A DNA stretch of 41,958 nt from a virus (Duplodnaviria > Caudoviricetes), in the IMG/VR virus record IMGVR_UViG_3300042741_000094, positions 1 through 41,958 of that record; one strand, written 5' to 3'. A model generated the notes under the pieces. The model was not told where the DNA came from, searched no databases, and was given only the letters and a program-made list of their open reading frames with translations. Shown one piece after another: positions 18,267 through 26,787 of this stretch; positions within the stretch are counted from its first letter, which is position 1, and every line of letters starts with the position of its first letter. The translations under genes and the position numbers were made by a program.

Positions 18267-19271
18267 TTAAAGCCTCTTCTTAGGTTTGTAATCCAATGCT
18301 TTTTTGAGGTTTTGATTGAATTTTGATAATGGCTCTTGTTTTGTTTGTTTTGGTGTTTCAGGTGCGCTATCTAATTCTTCAAGGTCTGTAAATGGTATTT
18401 CTGTTTGTCCATATTTTTCATTCATCAACCTTTCAAATTGTCTTTTATCTTTTGAAATTGAAGCCAACGCTTCAACCGAATACAAAACCTTTTTTAACGA
18501 CTCCCTGCCAACATCCTCCGTTAATGATTGATGTAAACGATATTTATAATTTCCAGCTCCTGTTTTAGGTGTCTTTGATTTAAGTTTATCAAGAATAAAC
18601 ACGCCTTTAGGAAGATTAGAATAAACGAATTTGTTTGTTAAATGCCCTATAAATTGTGGTTTTCTTTTTATGTTTTCGGGTGTAAATGGGATATTCCAAA
18701 GTCTGAATATTTCTTTATAAAATGAAATCTGAAACTGTTGTTGATAAGCTAATATTTCATCTGAAACAAAAAGCTTCATAATTGAAGCTAACTCAAACTT
18801 TTCACGCTCATATTGATATCCTGTTGCCTCATCAATAAGCGCAATCAAACCAACCTTAGCAAAGCTTCTAACCAATATTTCGCATTGATCGGCTATTAAT
18901 GTTTGCCTAGCTGATAGCTTTATTTCTTTACGCGCCTGTAAAAAAGCATCACAAATATCAATCAAAATTGTAGCTTCATAACCGTTTATCTTTTTTTCTC
19001 CTTTATAGCAGATTATCGGATTAAAGTGGTCCATGTCTTTACCTTTGTAAATAAAGGGAAGTAGCGATTTTTGGTTTAAATGTCTAACTAATCTGGTCCC
19101 TGCCGTTTTACTTGATTCTTCGTTTTCTTCAACCATGTTTAATGCTCTTTGCATTTCGCGGCCAGAAAGAACTCTTGTTCCATTCTCTAAAACATAGCAA
19201 TCTATTTTAACGTTATTCCCTAATTCAAGAACCCCTGAATATTTTACCGTATTTTCTTTTTCATTTTCCAT
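18267..19271 (-). CDS. P63C-domain protein (IS passenger)
   Basis: IDCYVLENGTRVLS, GYEATILIDICDAFL, GLIALIDEATGYQYERE, RKPQFIGHLTNKFVY. Confidence 0.85.
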   Translation of the reverse strand: MENEKENTVKYSGVLELGNNVKIDCYVLENGTRVLSGREMQRALNMVEENEESSKTAGTRLVRHLNQKSLLPFIYKGKDMDHFNPIICYKGEKKINGYEATILIDICDAFLQARKEIKLSARQTLIADQCEILVRSFAKVGLIALIDEATGYQYEREKFELASIMKLFVSDEILAYQQQFQISFYKEIFRLWNIPFTPENIKRKPQFIGHLTNKFVYSNLPKGVFILDKLKSKTPKTGAGNYKYRLHQSLTEDVGRESLKKVLYSVEALASISKDKRQFERLMNEKYGQTEIPFTDLEELDSAPETPKQTKQEPLSKFNQNLKKALDYKPKKRL

Positions 19272-20181
19272 TGATCAACATTTTATAAGTTAAGCGATTT
19301 TCTAGATTAGTCAAAAAATGGTTGAATCGTTGTCCTTCAAATTGTCCGCGCGTGTTATAGCGGAAGACAAATTCATCAACGTATTTTTGTAAGTGTTTTT
19401 TGCTTGTGAAATGGTAGATACCAACGATGCCACGTTTAAGGAGTGACCAAAAGCCTTCAATTGTATTTGTGTGGATTGCTCCTTTTACGTATTCGCCTTG
19501 ATTGTGCTTTACATAGTGGTGGTCATAAATGCGTTTCAGAGCGTTATATCCAAGCCATTCGTCTGTATAGATAGTAGTTGCTTCTTTTACTGATTTAATA
19601 GCTTCAAGAGTCAATGTTTCAATCTTAACATCTGAAACCAAGTTAGCGTTGAGTTTGCCGCCACGCTGAACAAAACCGACAACAGGTGTTTTATCTTTTG
19701 CGCTACGACCTTGTGAGCCTTCGACTTTTTTATCAGCATGACGATTTTTGTTTTTTCCACCTACGTATGTTTCATCAGCTTCAACAACATTTTCAAGTTC
19801 ATTATTGTTTTCGATTCCAAAACAATTACGGATTCTTTGCAGCATAAACCAAGCGGTTTTTTGGGTAACATCAATGTCACGACCCAATTGCAAGCTACTG
19901 ATACCTTTTTTGTGTGAAGTAACCAAATATATCGCTAAAAACCACTTTCGGAGCGGAACTTTTGTATTATCGAAAAGCGTATTTGTCTTAACGTTAAAGT
20001 ACTTTTTTGTGTTGTGGCAGTGATATTTATTACCTTTGCATTTATAGACTTTAGATTTGGGATCAAATGGAGAGGTAACGATAACATCCCAGCGTAAAGC
20101 CTCCAAATGATCAATGCAAGTTTGTTCATCTTTGAACTCTTTAAGTAGGTCTAAAATTGATTTGAAATTTGTATTAATCAT
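19261..20181 (-). CDS. tnp: IS1595-family DDE transposase
   Basis: VEADETYVGG, YTDEW..Y, HTNTIEGFWSLLKR, YVDEFVFRYN; degenerate Zn-ribbon N-terminus. Confidence 0.95.
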   Translation of the reverse strand: MINTNFKSILDLLKEFKDEQTCIDHLEALRWDVIVTSPFDPKSKVYKCKGNKYHCHNTKKYFNVKTNTLFDNTKVPLRKWFLAIYLVTSHKKGISSLQLGRDIDVTQKTAWFMLQRIRNCFGIENNNELENVVEADETYVGGKNKNRHADKKVEGSQGRSAKDKTPVVGFVQRGGKLNANLVSDVKIETLTLEAIKSVKEATTIYTDEWLGYNALKRIYDHHYVKHNQGEYVKGAIHTNTIEGFWSLLKRGIVGIYHFTSKKHLQKYVDEFVFRYNTRGQFEGQRFNHFLTNLENRLTYKMLINGK

Positions 20182-20276
20182 GTCGTATATTTTTAACTAC
20201 ACGACAAATATAAGAAGTTAATTACAGAAAAACAAATATTTTTTTATGTTTTTCTGTAAAGTGATATATAGTTACC

Positions 20277-20550
20277 TTCGGCAAATACCAAGGTGTACTT
20301 CTGGACTTGCTAATGGAGTAATTTCTATCCCTTTAAACGAAAAGTAAATCAAACAGCTTTCATTTCTTTCGTTAATAATAAAAAAACGATCGTTTTCTTT
20401 GTTTTTGCAAAAAAACGGGGTCACAATGTTGCTTTCTACTCCTGTGTCGTATTCTTTAGTTGCCCAACTTCTGTTTTCAATGTCTTTGATCCCTTCAACG
20501 ATCAGACATGCCCACGGTTGCTTTATTGTTATTGCTTTTTCTGTTTTCAT
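20277..20550 (-). pseudogene. 5' fragment of the IS-interrupted gene with ASCH-like N-terminus
   Basis: MKTEKAITIKQPWACLIVEGIKDIENRSW is the ASCH signature; truncated by the IS. Confidence 0.8.
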
Positions 20551-20625
20551 GTGTTCGCTTTTTAAATAATTAATACATTGAAATTGCGGTGATCTTCGCA
20601 TATCTTGAAGTTAGCAGTAATACTA

Positions 20626-21591
20626 CTACATTCCATCTCCGAATAGAGTTTCTGCTTGTAAATCTTTTTCTTTTCTTTTTTTCTCCACCCTTTTTTTAGA
20701 TACATCAAAATAATTAAAATGTTTTTCAATACCTATAAAATTTCGGTTTGTATTCATACAAGCAATAGCAGTTGAGCCACTACCCATAGTTAAATCTACT
20801 ACTAAATCATTTTCATTGCTAAAAGTTTTAAGTAAATCTTCTAAAAGCAATATCGGTTTTTGTGTTGGATGCAATCCTTCATAATCTTTTTTATATTCTA
20901 AAATATTGCTTTTAAACTTCCCGCCTTCCCATAAATTAAAAGTGCTTGTAAGTCCATCGCTTTCATTAGATATACTTTCAAATGTTCTAAAACCTTGCAT
21001 TTTATCAATTCCGTAAATTTCAATAAGTTTGTTATATGTTTTTTCAGTACAAAGTGAAAACTGCGAACTATCAACTCTAAAACAATGGTCTGCGCTTTGT
21101 CCAATAGCCTCTACAATAGTTTTTTTATTCAAACCTATAAATTCAAGCACCATTTTAAAATATGGTCTTAATGGGTGTATTTCCTCAAAATCGTGAGTTT
21201 TACTAAAAACCAAAACATCTTCATAATAATTTAATGGTGCTTTTTTAGCAATCAAACTATTCGCAAAATGGTCTTTCTTCCAAATCATACTATAATTAAA
21301 TGGTAGGTTTGGTATTTGCTTACTTATCAATTCAGTTGTAAATGGTTGTTGAGCAAATAAAACCATTTTACCATTTTTGCGAAGTATCCGATTTGCTATT
21401 TCATAAATCTTTTCGGTTTCAATAACACAATCCCAATTAGTTTTATTTTTCATACCGTGTTTTACAGTATCACTACTTGCAATATTGGTTACAGTTCCAT
21501 AAGGCAAGTCTGTCAATATCAAATCTACACTTCCATCTTTTATTGCTTTATGTTCAAAGGTGCAATCTCCTTCTAATAACTCTATATTCAT
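20626..21591 (-). CDS. DNA methyltransferase, N6A/N4C beta class
   Basis: LILTDLPYG (motif IV) precedes HPTQKP and VVDLTMGSGSTAIA (motif I); probable start MNIELLEGD. Confidence 0.92.
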   Translation of the reverse strand: MNIELLEGDCTFEHKAIKDGSVDLILTDLPYGTVTNIASSDTVKHGMKNKTNWDCVIETEKIYEIANRILRKNGKMVLFAQQPFTTELISKQIPNLPFNYSMIWKKDHFANSLIAKKAPLNYYEDVLVFSKTHDFEEIHPLRPYFKMVLEFIGLNKKTIVEAIGQSADHCFRVDSSQFSLCTEKTYNKLIEIYGIDKMQGFRTFESISNESDGLTSTFNLWEGGKFKSNILEYKKDYEGLHPTQKPILLLEDLLKTFSNENDLVVDLTMGSGSTAIACMNTNRNFIGIEKHFNYFDVSKKRVEKKRKEKDLQAETLFGDGM

Positions 21592-21695
21592 ATTCTTAAT
21601 TTTTTCAAAATTATTTTTGCCATCGCTCAAAAAAAGAAAAGAAAAAGGTTCAGTTCTCCGAATGAGCATTTGCGGTTTAAATCCGTACTACTGCT

Positions 21696-21754
21696 AACAC
21701 CACCTATACGCAAGTTTTGTGAAAAACAAAACCTGACGTATAGCTGTAACCGTT
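21696..21754 (-). other. attC-like recombination site (59 bp from AAC to GTT)
   Basis: AAC-ggttacag-CTATACG(T)CAGGTTTTGT-tttc loop-ACAAAACTTGCGTATAG-gtggt-GTT; imperfect palindrome with an extrahelical base, right after a stop codon. Confidence 0.7.
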
Positions 21755-21764
21755 ACCTGCAAGG

Positions 21765-21998
21765 CTACGAACCGAGCAACTGATTAAACCCTCGCTCCTT
21801 AACATCTAAATAAACCTTGTAATATTTACCATCGTTATCAAACTCTAAATAGGCTTCTAAGAAATTACCACCTATCCATTGTTTTGAGTGTTTCATTTTA
21901 TTGATAACATCTTCAACGGTTGTTTCAAATACATCGTGCCAAGTGGTAATTTCGCCATCTGCACGTTCACAAATCAATTTTAATCCTGTTGCTTTCAT
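21765..21998 (-). CDS. Hypothetical protein (cassette-borne)
   Basis: MKATGLKLIC...; frame is also open upstream across the GTT site to 22139. Confidence 0.7.
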   Translation of the reverse strand: MKATGLKLICERADGEITTWHDVFETTVEDVINKMKHSKQWIGGNFLEAYLEFDNDGKYYKVYLDVKERGFNQLLGS

Positions 21999-22220
21999 TT
22001 TATTGTTATTTAAAGTTCCTACTGATAATCCGACCAGCAGGTAACAGCGGTTTGTAGCAAAAAGGGTTGATGCGCTACATTCATCATTTGTGGTTCTAAT
22101 CGGCAGTAGTGCAAGGTTGAAACATCGTGCTTTGCTCAATGCAGGGTTCTTGTTTTCTAAATTTGCGTTTTTTTTATGAATTATTCAAACTTGTTGCGTC
22201 AATTTTGGTATAGTGGGCAA

Positions 22221-22481
22221 TTAAAGGCTTAAAAAATCGTCTACAAATTCAGATAAATCTTTATTACCGTCTTCCCATATTCTTGTTTGAACGTAATCGG
22301 AAAAAGCCTTTAACATTTCGCTTCGCCCCATAACAGCGTGTATACGTAAGGATTCATTTGCGTAATCATTCATCATTCTTATAACCTCTGATTCAAAGTA
22401 TAATTTTTCTCCTCCTGGTGATTTGTCAAACCAATCGGACTTTTCGGTTAAAAATTGTTCTGCTGTTGGTCTATTTTCCAT
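22221..22481 (-). CDS. Hypothetical protein read across a GTT crossover site
   Basis: 86 aa; LRIHAVMGRSE encodes ...GCT-GTT-ATGGGGCGAA; TTGCCCA follows the stop. Confidence 0.7.
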   Translation of the reverse strand: MENRPTAEQFLTEKSDWFDKSPGGEKLYFESEVIRMMNDYANESLRIHAVMGRSEMLKAFSDYVQTRIWEDGNKDLSEFVDDFLSL

Positions 22482-22489
22482 AATATCAA

Positions 22490-22592
22490 CTTTTGTTTAG
22501 AGAACCATCCCCCCGTCGGGTGTGTGCGAAGGATAACGGGGGAAGGTTCAACCTAAACGATAAAAATTCAAAACTTGGCCACACACACACTG
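22490..22592 (-). ncRNA. Candidate structured leader RNA (pseudoknot-like)
   Basis: After TATATTTG (22593-22600): 5' GTGTGTGT can pair with loop GCACACAC of a long hairpin GTTTAG..GAACC..CCCCCG / CGGGGG..GGTTC..CTAAAC. Confidence 0.5.
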
Positions 22593-22618
22593 CAAATATA
22601 GCGATTATTTACGCTTGA

Positions 22619-23398
22619 TTATAGCAATTGTGATGAGCGGTTTGGTGCTGGTTTATAAGGATCAAATGTTACACTTACTTTTATTCTGTTGTTTTGCCCC
22701 CATCGTTGACAAAGATCGACCAATTCGTGCATCGTTATTTCTTTGGATTGATCGCATTCTTTTGGCTCAAGATTCATAAACTCATTTTCGGGTTGATGTA
22801 TCTCGGATTTGAGTTCAAATTTTTCAGGCATAACCAATTGTCCGGGTGATACGAATGGAAGGTGTCTAACTGAATGTGTGTGAAAATCGCGGGTTAATGT
22901 TCCCTCGTTCATCCAATAAAAAAATTTCCTGGGTTTATATGGATTTCCAAGTCTTAAAAATTCAACAATCTTGTTGCTATCGGATGAATAAACAGAGCCA
23001 GTATTATCAATAACAAATAAGCCCTTTTTGAAGTTTTCCAAGGTGTATTCGAGTTTTACTGCTTCCTGAATCACTGATTTATCAAGTGTTTCATTAAGAA
23101 ATTCCGCGTACTGATTCGCATACATCTCCATGCCTTTAGGGAATATCACAACCTCCTTACTGTTTGCGTCCAAAACAGCCCTCATTTGCCTTCTACCAAC
23201 CCTGAATGGCGGATCAAAAGACGGTGATAAACTTTTGTTTTCGGTTGTTTTTATCGCTTCTTTAGGTGTCCGATAATGCGCTGTGATTTTAAAATCTGCG
23301 TTTATAAGCACCCCGCCTTGAAAAAGTTGTTCATCTATAACCACATTGAAAAACCCATTGCTTTCCAATATTTGCATAATTTTTTCCTGTTCATTCAT
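22619..23398 (-). CDS. Hypothetical protein (probably mosaic)
   Basis: 259-aa ORF with A-rich leader. Confidence 0.7.
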   Translation of the reverse strand: MNEQEKIMQILESNGFFNVVIDEQLFQGGVLINADFKITAHYRTPKEAIKTTENKSLSPSFDPPFRVGRRQMRAVLDANSKEVVIFPKGMEMYANQYAEFLNETLDKSVIQEAVKLEYTLENFKKGLFVIDNTGSVYSSDSNKIVEFLRLGNPYKPRKFFYWMNEGTLTRDFHTHSVRHLPFVSPGQLVMPEKFELKSEIHQPENEFMNLEPKECDQSKEITMHELVDLCQRWGQNNRIKVSVTFDPYKPAPNRSSQLL

Positions 23399-23524
23399 AA
23401 CTCTTTGTTTTTTAATTATCCATTTTAAAGCGATTTCCCGCGCTTTCTCGGTTGGTTTGGTGTAACGGTATTATTTGATGGTTAAGTTTCGTTAAATCGC
23501 ATCAGAGATACGTTAAATCAAATT

Positions 23525-24376
23525 TTACCTGTGATTAAATATGGAAGGCTTTTCTCTTGCTGTTTGTGGACTAAATCTTTCGTACCTCGGTTCGGCAACT
23601 TCATTAAACAAATATAATCCGTAAAGCATCCGGTAAGTCCATGCCATTGGTTCAAGCTGATGAGGACTAACTTCGGGATATATTCCGGCTGACAATTCAG
23701 ATATGCTTTTAACCTGATTTGACCGCTTGTTCTCATTTTGTCGGCTTGCATGGACAAGGTTCAGATACCTTTGCGCTCCAGCTACGTTATCTTTAGCTAA
23801 GTCAGCAATCATTTCTGTGTTTTCGATCTTATCTTCAAAATACTGACCAATGGCTGATCTTTGATAAATGTTGATCGGCTCGCCATTACTGTAACTCCGC
23901 AGCGCTTTTTGCAAATAGGCGTACTCCTGTTGGCGTTCCTCCGCTGTTTGCTGATCTTTGCGAAATTCTTTGAAAAATTCCCGTCGAAAATTCGCCTTTT
24001 CAACATCGTAATAACTCAAAACACGTATCACCTCTGAGGCTGTGTAAAATGGCTTGATGTCGGTCTTGCTATCAATGATGTTTTCAAAAACATGGTCAAT
24101 ATCGGCCAAATTCAAGTTCTTAAACTTCCGCTTGATTTCTCTTGCTAACGTCTTGCTGTCTAATTCGTTTTGACGTGAAAAGAAAGTAACCAGTAGGCGG
24201 TCACACTTTGTAATCAATTCCAGTTCAGCCCTCGGAATGTCGGGGAATACCGGATGATCCAAAAGCATTGTTTGCGCTTCGTTCATGCTGTAGAGCGAGT
24301 TGTTCCTCTTCCTGCATTTCCTTAGCAAGTCGTTCAAGACGTTCTGTTTTTGATTCATTGGGGTTTCTGCTTCCAT
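23525..24376 (-). CDS. Putative replication accessory protein
   Basis: Directly downstream of and overlapping the initiator; true start may be 24286; function from position only. Confidence 0.5.
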   Translation of the reverse strand: MEAETPMNQKQNVLNDLLRKCRKRNNSLYSMNEAQTMLLDHPVFPDIPRAELELITKCDRLLVTFFSRQNELDSKTLAREIKRKFKNLNLADIDHVFENIIDSKTDIKPFYTASEVIRVLSYYDVEKANFRREFFKEFRKDQQTAEERQQEYAYLQKALRSYSNGEPINIYQRSAIGQYFEDKIENTEMIADLAKDNVAGAQRYLNLVHASRQNENKRSNQVKSISELSAGIYPEVSPHQLEPMAWTYRMLYGLYLFNEVAEPRYERFSPQTAREKPSIFNHR

Positions 24377-25139
24377 TTCCTGATTGTGTTTGATTTGTTG
24401 TGGTGTTTTGCTTGAATTTATATTCGTTTTTCATCCATGTGCTTAACCTTCGCTTTAAGTCCCAAGTACTTTCCATTTCAAATTTCATCTTCGATTTGGA
24501 TTTGTTAGGCTCAGTCCAGTACAGGATAAAACTTTCACGGGTTTCCGGTGGTATGTCAATTTCCTGATTAACCTGATACATGAATTTCAATTCTCTTTCT
24601 TTCAATAAATCAATTTTTGATTTTTGTGGTTGTGGTTGGGATTCGGATTTTTCCGAATCACCAACAAATAACACGTTAGTGTTATTATTATTTATATCAT
24701 TATCATTATCATTACCATTATCTGTATCATTACCTTTATCAGCGATTTTCGCGATAGGGGGCGATAGCAAAACATCGGGGGGCGATACTTTGCGACGTTT
24801 CGCGATTTTTTCAGCTTCTTCAATGGTCATTGTTTCGGTTATTACGGAATTATAAAGGTCAATGTTCCAACGCTTTAAGTTTCCGATTCTGCCGTTCTCA
24901 CTGTTTGCAACTTTTTTGTTTTCGTACTTTTTTAGATCGCGTTTTAGTTGCATCTTGATTGATTGAAACGCTAAATTAACCATCGGGTCAGGATGTGATG
25001 AATCTAAATCTGTTTCAAATTCATCATTAACGTAACGGTAAACGTGTTTAAAAAGTAGTCCGGCTTGCTCATCTGAAAGCAATCCAACTATTGCCGATTG
25101 GTCAGCGTATAATATAAAACCTTTTTTGTCCTCTGCCAT
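24225..25139 (-). CDS. Phage replication initiator (DUF6291-like N-terminus)
   Basis: KGFILY...LSDEQAGLLFK..Y N-domain, DN-rich linker, C-domain FILYWTE...FEMESTWDLKRRLSTW. Confidence 0.78.
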   Translation of the reverse strand: MAEDKKGFILYADQSAIVGLLSDEQAGLLFKHVYRYVNDEFETDLDSSHPDPMVNLAFQSIKMQLKRDLKKYENKKVANSENGRIGNLKRWNIDLYNSVITETMTIEEAEKIAKRRKVSPPDVLLSPPIAKIADKGNDTDNGNDNDNDINNNNTNVLFVGDSEKSESQPQPQKSKIDLLKERELKFMYQVNQEIDIPPETRESFILYWTEPNKSKSKMKFEMESTWDLKRRLSTWMKNEYKFKQNTTTNQTQSGNGSRNPNESKTERLERLAKEMQEEEQLALQHERSANNAFGSSGIPRHSEG

Positions 25140-25141
25140 GG

Positions 25142-25558
25142 TTAATTCGTTTCTGAAAAAATATCAGTAATGCCTTTATTCTTACGTCTATTCGCTTTTC
25201 TGAAAGAAACATCATGCCTATTATGGCATCGTTGACAAAGTGCCTTTAAGTTGCTGTAATCGTTGTTCTTTACGTTGTGATCTAAATGAGCGATTGTAAG
25301 CACTATTTTAACAAGTTTATTTTTTCCTGATTGATCAACTTCACCAAGGTAATCGCTGCCAATATGATCGGAATTTTTAGCATTAAATATTTCACCGTTT
25401 TCGTCTTGATAGGCTTCGATTCCACAGTAAACACCACGTAAAACGATAGCGTAATTCGGGATATTGCATTTTTCGCACTTATGTTGAGCGCGGGTCAATA
25501 TTTCCGGCCTGATCCGTGTTTTCCAATCCGCAGGATAATTTTTATAATCAATTGGCAT
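25142..25558 (-). CDS. HNH endonuclease
   Basis: CEKC...LTIAHLDHN..NN..SNLKALCQRCHNRHD; start MPIDYKNYP because the upstream in-frame stretch is the RNA motif. Confidence 0.88.
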   Translation of the reverse strand: MPIDYKNYPADWKTRIRPEILTRAQHKCEKCNIPNYAIVLRGVYCGIEAYQDENGEIFNAKNSDHIGSDYLGEVDQSGKNKLVKIVLTIAHLDHNVKNNDYSNLKALCQRCHNRHDVSFRKANRRKNKGITDIFSETN

Positions 25559-25567
25559 ATTGTTGAA

Positions 25568-25665
25568 TAAAAAAACGTCTTTAAAATCCGCAGGGGCTTC
25601 ACTACCTGCTTCATTCAAAGACGTTTAATAACTTCTTTTGGTTCTAATTGTGAAGCCGAACCGTT
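25568..25665 (-). ncRNA. Structured leader RNA/sRNA, copy 2 (two hairpins, kissing loop)
   Basis: After TATATTTG (25669-25676): GGTTC-GGCTTCAC-aatta-GAACC, then AAACGTCTTTGAA..GCAGG-ta-GTGAAGCC-CCTGC..TTTAAAGACGTTT plus T run. Confidence 0.75.
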
Positions 25666-25685
25666 GTACAAATATAGCGATTAAT

Positions 25686-26039
25686 CTAATTCGGAAACAA
25701 TTTTGCAAGCAAATTATCCACAAATCCGTCATTCTCAGATTGAACCGTTTTACTAAGTTGTAATTCCAACGCCTTTAATAAATTTCGGCACTCAATAATC
25801 GAATGGATTTCAAGGCGTTTTGCGGTGAATTCCATGGTCTTTTTGTTTAATTTATACGCTTCTGCTGTTTCGGATAAAAAGCGCGGATTTTGAGATAAAA
25901 TCTCACTCAGTTCTGATTTCCATTCATCAGGGCTGCACATTGCCCTGTATGCCGTCAACTCAATGATTGATTGCAGTTCGTAAGTCCTAATATAAACACG
26001 GCAAGTATCTATTTGCTCCTGTAAATGCTGTTTTTTCAT
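25686..26039 (-). CDS. Hypothetical protein
   Basis: 117 aa in a tightly coupled operon. Confidence 0.7.
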   Translation of the reverse strand: MKKQHLQEQIDTCRVYIRTYELQSIIELTAYRAMCSPDEWKSELSEILSQNPRFLSETAEAYKLNKKTMEFTAKRLEIHSIIECRNLLKALELQLSKTVQSENDGFVDNLLAKLFPN

Positions 26040-26353
26040 AACCCTTTTATTTGATTTTTACTGCCCACACATTCCGATGGTGACGGCTCGGATTTGTGCG
26101 CTAATTTACAGACTAAAATTCGATTATTCGACGTAACAAATACATATTCATAACCATTTGAAACATGGAGAAACGCGACATCAGCGGGGTAATTGATCAA
26201 CTCCCTTTGCGTGTGCCGGCATTTACTCCCGTTGTAATCGTTGGTCACAATGAAGTGTTTATCTTCATGGATTGGCGGTAAAATGCGTTTGAATTCAGGC
26301 TTTACGCGCTTTGGCGGGTTGTGTCCTGTTTTTATGAAGTGGTAAGGCATCAC
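26036..26353 (-). CDS. Hypothetical protein
   Basis: Start/stop overlaps on both sides. Confidence 0.65.
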   Translation of the reverse strand: MMPYHFIKTGHNPPKRVKPEFKRILPPIHEDKHFIVTNDYNGSKCRHTQRELINYPADVAFLHVSNGYEYVFVTSNNRILVCKLAHKSEPSPSECVGSKNQIKGL

Positions 26354-26583
26354 GCTCCGTATTTAAATTGAATATCCCTTCTCCATTTCAACAGCTGTTG
26401 AAACGTTTTGATGCGCTCGGGAACAGCGATAATCATTTTCTTTACCTTTATTGATCTGTTGATCTTAGGTGAATGAATGCCTTTTTTTAGCAGCATTTGA
26501 GCCGTTTTATTGCCGTTGAATGCTTCGACTGTTGAGCCCGTAATATCGGCCACGTGGTCGCGTGTTTTGTTTGGTTTTCTCAT
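26350..26583 (-). CDS. Basic hypothetical protein
   Basis: 77 aa, coupled overlaps. Confidence 0.65.
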   Translation of the reverse strand: MRKPNKTRDHVADITGSTVEAFNGNKTAQMLLKKGIHSPKINRSIKVKKMIIAVPERIKTFQQLLKWRRDIQFKYGA

Positions 26584-26787
26584 GGATTCTCAATTAATTT
26601 TCTTAACTCAATCTTTTCGGCTAAAAGATCGCGCTCCAGTTTTTCGATGTGTTCATAAAGATCACCTCCCGATGTGTTAGGGATGTTTTTAACCCTGTTT
26701 TTTTCCTGCAAAAGCGTAAAACTCGTTTATTTTGCCGCGTGTTTTTTGACAGCTAATGGCTGCTTTAATTATTTTTTCGTAATTCAT
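26580..26787 (-). pseudogene. Frameshifted ~68-aa ORF
   Basis: Coupled start (TAATG at 26787) and coupled stop (ATGA at 26580), but the span is 208 nt, one base too many. Confidence 0.55.

Larger units (their letters stand above)
17296..20276 (-). mobile_element. IS1595-family element with passenger genes (2981 bp)
   Basis: 31-bp imperfect TIRs GGTAACTATATAnnnnTTTACAGwAAAACAT (17296-17326, 20246-20276); 8-bp TSD TTCGGCAA at 17288-17295 and 20277-20284. Confidence 0.95.
20552..22334 (-). mobile_element. Integron-like cassette array 1 (no integrase)
   Basis: Gene bodies bounded by complementary GTT../..AAC ends (21752-22045, 20610-21698), attC-like hairpin 21696-21754, conserved terminus 20552-20612. 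Confidence 0.65.
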
